From Diretmus argenteus (taxonomy: Eukaryota), in contig CM109057.1 in assembly GCA_048569125.1 (NCBI GenBank), positions 35,006,381-35,070,380 on the forward strand: 64,000 nt of DNA. The letters run 5' to 3'. A program made the position numbers and the translations under genes. Shown piece by piece: positions 12,095 to 51,500 of this stretch. The notes under the pieces were generated by a model. The model made no database searches. It had not been told where the DNA came from and saw only the letters and a program-made list of their open reading frames with translations. Each line of letters starts with the position of its first letter. Positions within the stretch are counted from its first letter, which is position 1.

Positions 12095-13310
12095 TACTTT
12101 TAAAACGGTGTCCACAGGGTCTTAAAAAGGCTTAAATTCGCCGCCCAGGTAGTCCAGCTGTAAAAGACACTGCCTACCAACCCTGAGGTCATAGGTTCGA
12201 TCCTTGGGGTTGCTACCGGCTTGGCTGGGCGTCCCTACAGGCGCAATTGGCCGCGTCTGCAGGTGGGAAGCCGGACACGGGGATTTGTCCTGGTCGCTGC
12301 ACTAGCACCTCCTACTGGTCGGTCGGGGTGCCTGTTCGGTGGGGGGCGGAGCTGGGGAGGATAACGTGTTCCTCCACACGCGCTATGCCTTCCCGGTGAA
12401 ACTCCTCGCCGGCTGGTGTAAAAGAAGCGGCTGGTGACTTCACATGTGTCGGAGGATGCATGTGTTAGTCTACACCCTCCCCAGGCCGACAGTGGGAGGC
12501 GGAACAGCGACCGGGACGGCTTAGGCAGTACAGGGGGAATTGGATATGTAAAAATTGGGAGAAAATGGGGTGAAAATAAAAAAAGGGAAAAAAAGGCTTA
12601 AATTCACAATTTTCAATAAAATGCCTTAAAAAGTATTTTGTGATAAGAATAAGAAAGTTTCTATCTACATTGTTACACAGAGAACGTGGTGAATTATCTG
12701 CCTGATTCTTAAGATGGAACTTCATCGATTCCCGAGGCAGAATTGGGTCAATATTAAAGACGGACCATCTGTATGATTCCATTGAAGAGAACTGCATCTA
12801 CTGAATAGATTTTGGAGACACTTTAACACAGTTAAAATCCTCATTTCCTACATGTTTGCGAAAGGGACGAATGACAGAAAACCTCATTTATTTGACTGTA
12901 ATTGCACAGGAGAGCGAGTACGAGTTTATCAGACGTGATAATAAGAAAGTTTCTAATAGAACATTGAGGTAATTACTGTCTCCAGTTTTTGATTGCGCTT
13001 CACATTATCAGGGTGTCTGCGGGGTCTTAAAAAGTCTTAAATTCTCAATAAGAGGCCTTAAAAAGTCTTAAATTTAATGTTCATAGGTCTTAAATATTTA
13101 GTGGGTCTGTCAAGAGATTAAATAGTAGCTAGGACCTTAATGTTAATACATTCTAGGACTTTTAACATCATTCTAACACTGATATTTACCTACAGTAGGT
13201 ATCACTACTTGTTCTTTTAATAGTACGGCAGTGAAATTGATATTAAATTCCATTCAAAGTGGTCTTAAAAAGGTCTTAAATGTACCTTGTTGAAACCTGC
13301 AGATACCCCG
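12095..13310 (+). mobile_element. Copy of an interspersed 'GGTCTTAAAAAG'-motif repeat family (unclassified non-autonomous element) carrying a nested SINE
   Basis: It is shared with 24130-24800 (reverse complement, roughly 80% identical) and 31105-31455 (reverse complement). Short related fragments are at 43795-43900 and 44530-44620. It contains repeated ggtcttaaaaag / tcttaaat motifs. Confidence 0.6.
12139..12593 (+). mobile_element. tRNA-derived SINE (~455 bp) with A-rich tail, flanked by a target-site duplication
   Basis: The 5' head is tRNA-like (gccgcccaggtagtccagctgtaaaagac...ggttcgatccttgg, giving A/B-box-like elements). The tail is A-rich (aaaataaaaaaagggaaaaaa). The flanks aaaaaggcttaaattc (12122-12137) and aaaaaaaggcttaaattc (12590-12607) form a TSD. 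A second copy at 45251-45706 is roughly 95% identical. Confidence 0.75.
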
Positions 13311-14690
13311 TGTAAAAGGAGAGTAGTTATTCAAGTTTGTAACCTCAGATCAGACCTCTTCCCCTGCTGGTCTCAGGTCAGCTGCAGTGGGGGAATCCCA
13401 GTCTGCTCCCACCTGTCTGTCTTGTCTGCGACTAAACTGTAGAAAGCTGTGCCAGTCATGGTTATCAGTTATTATCACGTAAACAGGGAACCAGAATAGT
13501 GACTTGTATACATCCACTCTAGACTAGAAACAGTGAAGTCGAACCACTCCTCATTCTGCTGTGGACCCCTGGAGCCTCCTCAAGGGAACCAGGAGGTCCC
13601 GTCCGGAGACCCCACTCTGAGAGCATCTGACCTCAAGGACAGTGTGAAGCAACCGTGGAGTTTCCAACCTTTCCCCAATGAGAGTTCTCTGAGGAAGTTT
13701 TTTTTTTCTTCTCTTGAGTTGTCAGGAAGTGACACCCTACACCAGTCTGGCAGAATAAATGCTCTCTCTTTCTCTGCGAGCACTGGCTTGTGTCTCACCG
13801 TCATTCGCAGAGCAGGAACAAAGGTAAACACATCACTGTACTATTACTTTAACTTCTCCGAGCATTAAGTACTTATTTCCACTTTGAAGAGCTAAACTTG
13901 TTCTGTGCTCGATTTCTAACCAAATATGCTACTGCTGCGTGTTTATCTTCCTACGGACAATTATATTGAATTATATATGGGCTTTAAACTTTAATGGGGA
14001 TGTGTATTAAATAGAGAACACTTCAATATTTATATTTCGATAGTATTGATTTCGATTTCGATTGATAGTTTTGTATGAAGAGGAGTTGTTTTTTTACTTT
14101 CACTTTTGTGGGGGTTTTGTGTCCTCCTGCCATGTTTGAAAGTACATTTTAGTATATCAGAGTTGTTGTATATTTGACTCTGTTTTAACAAATATTTCAT
14201 ATCCAATCTGGAAAAAATTAAATTAAATGTGCTGGTCCCTTTCCGAGAAGTCCCTCCCAAAGGTTTCTTCCCTAAATGGTTTTGTGGGAGTTTTAACTTT
14301 TATTTGATTCTAAACTTTGAAGCCCTTTGAGACTGTGATAGCGATTAAGATCTATACAAATAAAAATGTGATGGATTGAGGTATCATGGTAAATATCTGT
14401 TGGGAGAACACAGTAAACCACGCAGTGTGTTTCTTGTAAACGATACTTATCAGCTTCCCCAGGATGTAGTTGATAGGCAGCAGTGGCTCGTTGCTTTCAC
14501 TCTTACTTCCTTATGTACCAGCACGAGGAAGTAAAGCAGTTGGAACCATTAGTACAGAGAATGTGACGTACGCACATCTTCTGGTAATCAGGGTGATGAT
14601 GTAGAAATCTGGGGGATGTTAAGAGGAAAGGGGGGGGGAGTCAGGACACCTGTAGAAGGCTCAACACTTTCAGAGCTATATACACCACAG

Positions 14691-15069
14691 CAGTGTTTCT
14701 CAACTCGTGGGTCACAGCCCAAAAAGGGGTCGCGGACTCGTTTTGAATGGGTTGCGAAGTGAGTGGTTAAAAAACAAAACAAAAAACTACTCCTTTTTTA
14801 AATGCAAAAGTGTTTTCTATCATCTATACATTTCAAACACACACAAAAAACTAAAACAAATCAGTTTTGACACTTTTAGGTTGTAGAAAATGGGTTTATA
14901 TGATAATTTATCAGCCAACAGATGCTCAAACCTTTCCTGAATCTTCAAGGAAACGTAAGGATTTCCTTGAGAAATACATTTTCTTGGTTTGAATTCTATA
15001 AAAGTGAGTCGCGACTTAATGACCGTGGGAAACTGTGGGTCCCAGGGCCAGACCAGTTGAGAACCACTG
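14691..15069. mobile_element. MITE (~380 bp) with TIR CAGTG(G/T)TTCTCAAC, same family as 4125-4856
   Basis: The left terminus is cagtgtttctcaactcgtgggtcacagccc (14691). The right terminus is gggtcccagggccagaccagttgagaaccactg (ending 15069), which is its inverted complement. Confidence 0.7.
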
Positions 15070-15253
15070 CTCTACAGTCACCATATCGTGACAGTTCCCA
15101 CCTCACATCTCAACAAATACCCTGAAGGGACGACAGAACGTTCAGGAAGTGAATTGCATCAACAGTGAGAATGGTATGACCCACTTGTACTATACAACAC
15201 GTCATCATGTGTGTTACTCTAATATTCCCTCTTTCCCCTCAGTCTCCTCCAGA

Positions 15254-23039
<7,786 letters not shown>

Positions 23040-23836
23040 AAATATCGCACAATCACACTCCAGTGTATACGCATTGAAAATGTTCTTTATTATTTGTAAA
23101 TACACATCCACATCCATAAAAACCTTTTACAGAGTCTTGTCTTATTTTTTGTACATCAAGAAAAATGGTTTCACCTGAACATGTACGATAACAGACACAA
23201 GTATTTAACAAATTCTAAAACAAACATTACTAAGACACATTGTTTGAAATAGCCATTGGAAATTCCCATTTATAGCATTACGTCATTAAAACATTGCTCA
23301 TTCAATAGATAAGGCCATTCAATCACATATAAAAATGAAAAAGCAAAATGCTTTGAACACAGCTCAGTTGATCCAAACACACGCAGCAGCGGAACGTTAG
23401 TGCAAAACGTCAAATGGCTCCGTCCTTTTACCCTTCAACACCACGTTAGTTACCCTGCAGCCTTGTGCCATGTAGTTTCATTCTGCTAAACAAGAAGCAT
23501 TCACACATTCTCAAGAAGTTACGTCGTGTTCTGACTCACAAAGAAAGACAATAAGCCATTAACCTATTGCTGTTGAAAAAAAACAAGAAACAGCAATTCT
23601 GGCATTTCTCTTCTTGAAGTGAAAATGAAACTCTCTTGGATCAAAGGTTTTGTTCCGTTTCTTAAAACCCTCGTGTTTAATTTCAACAATCCGCAGCTGA
23701 AGAGAAAATAAGGACTTTTTAGACACCTGTTGTTGGTCCTTGATTACCCAGGTACACAGTATGTAATTGTACATGAAGAATGACCAATAAATCAACCCTG
23801 CTTTATGAGGAGAGACCCTCTCTGCCTTGGCCGGTC

Positions 23837-42463
<18,627 letters not shown>

Positions 42464-43041
42464 GGTTTACGAAATGGAAGATGTCAACAGTGGAGGGGAA
42501 AGATATAAACGTGGCCGGAGAGAGACGGCGGGAAGTTGTCCTCACTGTTTCAGGGTTCGAGGTGCCGCCAAAGAATCCCCACTCAACTTCCGGTCCGGTC
42601 CGGAAGTCCCGCCTCCCGTTTCCATTGCGACCAATCTGCTACAGATATGAAACCAAGTTGTTCTGATCAAAAACTACTACAACTACTACTACTACTACTA
42701 GTCAAGAAACTTTTATTTGTGTGTACATTTATCACGAAATAAATCTTAAATATTTCTAATGGTTGATATCAGCGACAGTTTACCAGATCCGGTACTCGGA
42801 AGTAGGGGTGGAGCGCGAGCCCTTTTGTTTTGTCCTCCTCCTCTCTGGTATCGCTCAACTTCACTGGTGGTGGAAAGTAAATTCTATGCCAAACGTTCCG
42901 CCTTAGTGGGGGGGTCGGAATTATTTTGTAGAGGGACCGGTACGAATCCATCGTGTTCTTCATGGATCGAGATTTCGCCGGTTTACCAACCAAAGTCACA
43001 GCTTTATTAACTTAAGAAGACATTCATCCGACAGCGAAGAT
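42464..43041. promoter_or_regulatory. Bidirectional CpG promoter shared head-to-head by parp2 (minus) and mettl17 (plus)
   Basis: Only 578 bp separate the two ATGs. The region contains tandem ETS/GABP-type GGAA cores (acttccggtccggtccggaagt, 42586-42607), an adjacent GC box (cccgcctcccg), CCAAT (42631-42635) and a TATA-like ttatatc on the PARP2 side (about 42500-42512). It is CpG-rich throughout. Confidence 0.6.
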
Positions 43042-46000
43042 ATGACATCAAGAACCTACGGAGCGTGTGTCCTGTGTCAAAGGGCGGTTGTCGTGCGGAT
43101 GATGTGCAGGGTGAGTTGTTTTTGGATGTCATTGAAGACAGCAGCATATCGACAGGGTGATCACACAGCTTTGAAAATAAAGATAACTTAACTGGCTCTA
43201 TTCAAACTGTAATATAATAAGCTTGGTCCAAACCAAATACCCGAACATGGATCACTGATGAATACAACTGGTGCACAAGGAATTTGACCTTGTTACCTGG
43301 TGGTGCTGATACATGACAGATATATAATGCAGGAATGACACACTAGGTGCTGGATACATCTTAACAGGTGAGAATGACATAGACCCACTGCAGATACACA
43401 TTCAGAGTGTGAGTTAATCAATTAAATCAGAAATAATCATTAAATGGGCCGTAGACATGATGGTATTTACCGATACACAGGATCTAATGCAATCCTGTGT
43501 GCTTTTAATAAAGTTATCAGTTCTGCTATTAAACTAGTGTCTGCACTGGAGCATTTTATTTAGGTGACAATTGTTTGTTTGTCTTTTAACTTTTTGTTTT
43601 CAGGGAATGAGTGCTGCAGCGCACCCACAGTCCCAGGTAGATTTCCTAAACGGAGCACCCCACAGGAAGCACCCAGGTGTGACCAACATGAAAACACTGC
43701 GCTTACCTGAGGAACTCCAGAGGGCAGCGCATTCCATTATCAAGAGTAGGTTAACTTACTACTGTGCCTATCAATGGTGCTGTCACAGGGTACCCGCGAG
43801 GTCTTAAAAACTTGAAAAAGTCTTACATTTAGTAGTCATAATTTAAGGCCTTGAAAAGGTATTGAATTTTGTTAACAGGTTTTAAATTTCGTTCATTAAG
43901 TCTTAATTTTTTACTAGGGCTTCAGAACGCAGTCACGCTGTCTATTGATTGAGCGTGTAGATCGATTTGTACGGAAGCGTGTGGCCGCTGACTGTTGCAT
44001 TCAAGTGCCGGGCGCCGAGTCCGACAGATGGTGCGTTCAGGTGAACCCGTAAACTCAGAAATCTAAGACCTGTACCATTTAGTTTGGTTTACATTTTAAT
44101 TTAATGTTCAGACATTTATGTTGACATTCAGATTTTTTTCAATAACAAACTAGATAAAACGTTAATGCCCTGGCAGTGGCAAATAGTAGGCTATTACTTT
44201 TATATTTGACTCGATTACATTGTTTAAATTGAGATAATAAAGATAGACAATAAATCTGCCACTGTGTAAATGGAATACTGCTGTTAAAAAGCACCTTATT
44301 TGTTTAAAGTGCAAACCAAATGTTATTGCACTTTTGTACACACACGTACACCCCTCACAGTTATTGTTTTAAATTCTGTCTTACGATTTAAATATAGTGT
44401 AAATTGTTGCAACAGCTGATGTCATGTTGAGAGATAAGATCTTTGAAGGCTGTATACCTCAGAGCATAGTGTTCATTAAAGTTATGTTTGATTGATTGAT
44501 TTCCTATTTTTTCTTTCATATGCATACCAGGAAAGGTGTGATGTTGGTCTTAAATTTCATTTAAAGTGGTCTTGAAAAGGTCTTAAAAAGTCTTAAATTT
44601 GAGATTAAAAATCCTGGGGGTACCCTGTGTCAACGCAACTCTTTCTGAAGCTTCCCAAGACATTCATGCGAGAAGGTCGTACTCATTCTGGCTTGACTGA
44701 AAAGAGGGGGAGTGCTGTTGGTAGTGACGGTTCCTACTCCTCTGGTTGATTTGATTTGACAGTGTGACTCTGCATTCTCCCCAACTTTAGGAGCTCAGCT
44801 GACAAGGCTGACTGACCGTGCTCAAAGTCTCACCAACTTCCTGTGGAGCAGGAAAAGAGCAGCTGACGATTTGACGCTGAGGAAGAAAGCCATGAGCCTG
44901 GAGAAGGTCCTATGGGAGAAAGAAAGAGAGAAGAGAGGAGGTGAGCGACAAAAAATGCAAAGACAATTGGAGGGAGATTTTTCGATGCAGGAGTGTGTGT
45001 GTCTATGATGCGTTTGAGAAATGTATGTTTTATATTGTAGATCTAGACAATCAAGATCTGAAAGCCCGCGTTAAGCAGAAGGTGCTGTCCGAACTCAAAA
45101 GAACGACGTATCACTGGACTCCCATCAAGTAACTCTCTTGCTCTTTGACCCTTTACATTTTGGGTTTATTCAGATGTGCAAACAGTTGAACTCTCAACTT
45201 TCAAATTTACATTTTATTTAACCTATCTTAACTCAAAATACAAGACAAAGGGCCGCCCAGGTAGTGCAGCGGTAAAAGACGCTGGACTACCAACCCTGAG
45301 GTCGTAGGTTCGATCCTTGGGGTTGCTACCGGCTTGGCTGGGCGTCCCTACAGGCGCAATTGGCCGCGTCTGCGGGTGGGAAGCCGGACGCAGGGATTTG
45401 TCCTGGTCGCTGCACTAGCACCTCCTACTGGTCGGTCGGGGCGCCTGTTCGGTGGGGGCGGAGCTGGGGAGGATAGCGTGTTCCTCCGCACGCGCTATGC
45501 CTTCCCGGTGAAACTCCTCGCCGGCTGGTGTAAAAGAAGCGCCTGGTGACTTCACATGTGTCGGAGGAGGCATGTGCTAGTCTACACCCTCCCCAGGCCG
45601 ACAGTGGGAGGCGGAACAGCGACCGGGACCGCTTAGGCAGTACAGGGGGAATTGGATATGTAAAAATTGGGAGAAAATTGGGTAAAAATCCAAAAAAAAA
45701 GAAAAAATACAAGACAAACATTTAAAAATACACTTTTTATAGCCTTAAATTACATAGTTAGTTTAACTTTGTTTTTACATGGTACCATAACAATCGCTCA
45801 AGCCAACTCATTTCAGTCTAATAAATCACCATGTAAACAAAGCCATATTGTAATGACAGGAGTCCATACTGCATTTATAGTTTTGGGCCTTTTAACAGGT
45901 AATTTCTCCTTTGGTTGAGCCTGAGATGATAATGAGTTTCTACGTTGTGAACCGTCTTAGGTATGATGAAGAGCTGGGCCTGGTTTACATAGCTGCTCGT

Positions 46001-49000
46001 CTGGCCGGGGGCTACGCAGCCGTGAGGAGAGCTCTCAACGAGGTCTGGAGGAGTGTTTTATTCTTCACATTGTTTTTTATCCGTTTAACCTTTGAATCAA
46101 CGTTACCTGTAGAATGATGTAGTAGTGATATTAACTGGACCTAAAGAGTGGCAGCTTTTTGATCCCTGATTCAGCACAGTGATATTCAGTCAGTAATTTT
46201 TCTACCTCATAGCTCTCCTGAGACTATCCCTTCTGCCATTTTCTTTCCTACATGTACATACCGGTAGTTTTTTTTTTTTATCGTTCCAGATAAAGAAGAG
46301 AGATCCCTCCTTTGCTCCTCACTCTCTCCTGGATTTTGGTTCAGGGTTAGGGTCGGCCGTCTGGTTAGTGTTCACATTAACATAGTTAATACATTTACAC
46401 ATCCATCTTGTGAGACTGTACATTCAGTCTCTTTCCTTCCTGTCCCCAGGGCATCACACTCGTGCTGGGGAGACACTTTGAAGGAGATGGTGTGTGTGGA
46501 CAGCTCTGGACCGATGAACACGCTGGCAGAGAGACTCCTCAAAGGTGAAGACAGACAGACAGACACACTTTGTGCTGTCCTTATGTCATATAATATATTT
46601 AAGGAGAAAATCTGAGAATCTTTGTCTTTTGTTGAGCAGGTGACAACGAAAAAGCCGAACCTCACATCAAGCAAGTCTATTTCCGACAGTTCCTCCCTGT
46701 TTCCCCTAAGGTAAGCCTGAGATGGATAAACCTTTTTATGTCAGTAACAACAAACCAGCTCTATATTCATTGGCGGCAAAACCATTGTTTTCACATGTTG
46801 CTTCAAAATGACATCTAGCTGAACAGAATTGGCTTTGTGTGAGTGAGTGTGCCAAAGCCAAAGCCAGCTTCTTCCTGTTTACATTACAAAATACATTTAT
46901 CTTAGGCCCCAACCACACGAGTGCGGATATATTTAGGATTGGCATATATTTCTGTCCGATTCGGCCTCCAAACCACACGAACTCTAGCTTTTCCCCAGAT
47001 ATCCGCACACATCTGAAACCGGATAAAGAAGTGGAGAAATTGGAAAATATCCGATTCAGTGGATTGGTGTGGTTGATATTCTCCGCATATCTAAAAATCC
47101 AGTGACGTACGCACTGTTCGCGCATGACAGATAAAGCCCAAACAAGTCCAAACAAAACGATATTGTGCGTGAAACTCGTCGGTGATGTCCGCATATTTCG
47201 TGTATACAGATTCCCAGTCGATACGTTCTTGGGCTTTGGTGGTTTTGTAGTTTAATATGATGTGAAGTAGCAACTCGACTTCGTCATCTGTCCACATAGC
47301 AATGTTACGTAGCTTCCGGACAACATAATGAACGCATCACACTGCTACGTTTCATTGACCAATCAAGTCGCTTTATTATGAATATTCAATGAGCCACATC
47401 GGATCAGATCAGATTTTTGTGAATCCACTAGTGTGGTCAGATATATTTATTTATCCAGAGTACTCAAATATCCAGATATTTAAATATCCACACTAGTGTG
47501 GTTGGGGCCTTAGTCACTTTAAAACCATGTGCGAAAAGAAGAAAAAAATCTCATTATTATTAAGGCACTTGATTACAATCAGTTTTCCACAGGTTTTTAC
47601 TGTAGGTTCTTTATGATAGTAGTAGGCTGGAGTGGGTAAGATACATGTAGCTCCATCCAAACTCCATCAACAGAAAACCCAAGGAGAAGGACGTCACAGT
47701 GTGCTGGACACACTGTTTGATTGACAGGTGATCTCTGGGAAGAGCAGAGAGGAACACCACAGTGATGAGAGACAAATGAGGATCTCACTTGTCAGTTTGG
47801 AAAATCTATTTTCTATCTATCTTGTCTGAGTTTCTGGAGGCTTCACAACTCAAATCTTGCGTACGTGAAACCCTGACAGTCCAATGTGTCTCGTTTCAGG
47901 TGCAGTTTGATGTGGTGCTAGCGGCATTTTCCCTCTCAGAACTGTCCAGTAAGAAGGAACAGGAAGAGACTGTGGTCACTCTGTGGAGGAAGACCAGCTC
48001 ATATCTGGTTGGTTGAAATAATGACACCACAACACCTCTACAATGTGTATAGTTTCATATATGACGTCTTTGTGAGTTTCTAATGCACACCTAGCTCATT
48101 AAATCATATTTGATCATATTTCATGTCATAGGTGCTGATTGAAAACGGGACCAGAGAGGGCCATCAAATACTTATGGAGGCCAGAGACATTTTATTAAAG
48201 GTATTCCGATATAATAAACTCCATTTCCCAATGTAAAAAGTTTTTCCCAGTTTCTGCCAGCAGACTGATGTTATTCTCTCCATGCTAACTACAGAAACAA
48301 GAGAAGACCGTCCATGATGCCAGAGCAGCGTCAGTGTTTGCCCCCGTACGTGTTTACATTCCACCTCCATAGTTTACAGCATCGTGCATACTTTCAACTT
48401 CCAGTGTTGATTGTGTGATTGCATCCCTTCTGTGCTGTTTTTCTAGTGTCCTCATGAGCTGATGTGTCCTAAGATGGCTCGTCTGCCCTCAGTACCCTGC
48501 AACTTCAACCAATTCTACCTGCCTCTCCCGTTACCTGGGGTAAGATGAAGCTCATGTGCCTTTTCTAATACTTGATTTTCAAATGACGGATAACAGGGAT
48601 GTTCAGCTTACAGGTAAAAGGTGAAAGAGACACTTTTTGAGGCAAACAACCATCCCATGTGTTGCATCCCACGTAGACCTTCATTTATTGAAGAGTCTCT
48701 GGTATACTTGTACTTGTGGTTTAGAGCCAAGTGTTCCTCGATCAGTTATTCAACTGTTAAAAGTAAAACGCATCACTTCCTGTACACCAGAAGGCCGACT
48801 GTACCTGACACCAAGGGGCCAAATTCTTACAATAAATTATAAGAAGTTCGTAAGAATGTTCCTAACTGCAATTCTTGAAAAAAAAGAGTAAGAAGTTCTC
48901 AAATATTATCTTAAGAACATCTAGATGTGTTTCTTAAGAATAAAAATTCAGATTCAGATTTCTTTATTGTTACGTCTGCCTTTACAGTACTAGGTACGGT

Positions 49001-49183
49001 ACACCAGAGTAAAAAACTTGGGCCTGGTCCCTCAACCACGCAGCACAGAAACATCACACAATTGTAAAAGAAACAATATCAAACATAGTAATAGCAATAC
49101 CAATACAATACAGTAGTAGCAGCCCTGTATTAAATAGCAGCAATGGTACTACAAAAAACAGATAGCAGCAATACTAAAGTGGG

Positions 49184-49258
<75 letters not shown>

Positions 49259-51469
49259 GTGCAGGGTCGCATATAATATAAAGTGACAAGTGTGTGTGTG
49301 TGTGTGTGTGTAGTGCAGGGTCGTATATAATATAAAGTGACAATGTACAAAACTTAAGTACAGTCCAAAAGTACAAAAAGCGTATGTGTGTGAGTGAGTG
49401 TCACCTGCGTGTGTGTGAGATTGTGCAGGTGTACTGTACTCAGTCCACTTGTGTGTGCAATGTCAGGCTTCCTTTGATTTTGAACTATTTTGATTATATT
49501 TTTCAAGTACAGTACACTTGACCATAAAAGCAAAATATTTTAGTTTTTTAATGTATTATAGTTTCCTAATGTTTACTATTATTTATTTTTATTTTTATTT
49601 TTTATTTTTTTATTTTTTTTTATTTTGAAAATCAATGGTACATAGCACAATGCAAACGTAAAAAAGAAAAAGAAAACAACACAGATCTACAAAGAACGAT
49701 TTGGGTGCCATACAACCCACCAGCAAAGGCACAAACAAAACAACAGCCAAAAGCAAATAAATAAATAAACAAAAAGATTTAAAAAAGAAATACTAATAAA
49801 TAAACAAATAAATGAAAAACACAACAAACAAAACATAAAAAAGGTATGCTGTTTCATAAACAATACGGCAATCCGAAAATCAAGGCACCAGTACTGTTGT
49901 GTCATAAATCATGCTTGCAAGATCAACCCCACTGACTAGATCCTCGATTGATCAGTCAGTCCATCAACCAATCAATCATTCAAACAGTCCATCAATCAAG
50001 ATATATACACAGTTCATTTCAGAAATCCAGCCGGAAAACACATAATTCCTCATTCCACTGAGCACCGAAGGCCCAAAAGATCCCAAAAAGAACACTGGTC
50101 TCTCATTGAGCGAAAAGAAACTTCAACCTTTAAGGGAGAGACGTGACACAGTCTACTGTTTAAAGTCTGTCTATATATATATTTAAGACAAGTAAGACGC
50201 GCGAACGCGGGAAGCGAACGCAACTCGAAAATAGCAATAAGAAGAATAGAAAGAAATGAGCAATTCTAGAGAAGTGGGTGGTACAGTAAAATAGTGATAA
50301 CAGGGTCGCCAGAGAAGGCTCCATACCGCTAACCAGTGTTGCCACAGATTACTTGAAAAAGTAATCTGATTACCGATTACTCCTTTAAAAAGTAATCGAA
50401 TTACTTTACTGATTACTTGAGTTTCAAAGTAACTAAGTTAGATTACTGTTACTTTATGAATTAAATCCCCACAATCGGTTTTGGCCACACAGTACTTTAT
50501 TGAAAGTGCATTATGTTACAACTGTTACTATTCAATGGTTTTTAACTTGTTTCTACGAACATAGTCAGTCTCTTCTTAAACCTTGTAAATCATTCAATCA
50601 AATCAAAATTCACACCCTAAGCACACCACGCCCCCCCTCGACTGTGTGGGGGTATGAGGCGAGCCCCCCCCTCGTGGACCTCACTATCCGGGGTTAGGGG
50701 CTGGTGTATTGCCTTGCCTGTGTATTGCCGTAGGGGCCGGGGTTTAAGGTGTTTTTCTGCTGCCCAATCTAATTCCGTGGGTTTGTGTGTGCCTGTACGT
50801 GTAGAGGGGGATGTGGGCAACACGTCCGGGGTGTTTTTTTGTGCTTGGGGAGGCCCTGGTGAGCAGTAACCGGCCCTAATGTTAGGCGTGGGGCGCTGAA
50901 GGCCTCGCCTCCTATTGACTTTGTATCGCCGTGGGGGCCGTGTGTTGGGGTGTTTTTCTCCGGTCCAAACTAACTGTGTGGGTTAGTGGGTGACTCTACA
51001 CGTTGAGGGTGAAGTGGGGCACACGTCTGTGGTGTCTTTTGTCCGTGGGGTGTGTGGAAACCCACTGCTGCAGCCGTGTTTGTGTGTCGTGCTCCGGCAA
51101 GCTCTGCCTCCGACTCGCGGTGTGTGCGCATGCGCAGTGGGTCGAATTTTGAATTTTCGCTTTTTCGCGGTTTCGGGTCCGGCCGAATTGTCGGCAAACT
51201 AAGCGGGCTTCGTGTGCCCTAAGCCCGGCTGTGTTTCCGGGCGAGTAGCCGGTGCCAGAGGCTGTTTTCTGCTGCCGCTCACGGCGTAAGCCGCTTGGTG
51301 TTAGCATTAGCCAGGTTCGCCATCATGGCTGCCTTGTTTACGTTGTAGTCCGAGGATTCGCGCATGCGCGAATGCGAGCTCATTCGCTTCCCGCGTTCGC
51401 GCTGTCCGCGGCCAATGAGAGCTTGACTCACATGGGGGCATGGCGCGGCGCGAAGCCCCTCCCAGCGTC

Positions 51470-51500
<31 letters not shown>

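Noticed and set aside
12139-12220. tRNA-like sequences at 12139, 30326 and 45251
   Set aside because: They are 5' heads of SINEs, continuous with non-tRNA bodies and tails. They are not free-standing tRNA genes with intact cloverleaf ends.
42464-43041. Searched for an RNase P RNA (RPPH1-like) gene divergent from parp2, as in mammals
   Set aside because: No CR-I (GGGAAGGTCTGAGA-like) or CR-IV/V motifs were found on either strand. The divergent partner is instead the protein-coding mettl17. A covariance-model search would be needed for certainty.
46736-47194. 152-aa minus-strand ORF in METTL17 intron 8
   Set aside because: It has no recognisable domain and runs through the transposon relic and flanking intron. 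It is probably a chance ORF, apart from the Myb-like fragment noted separately.
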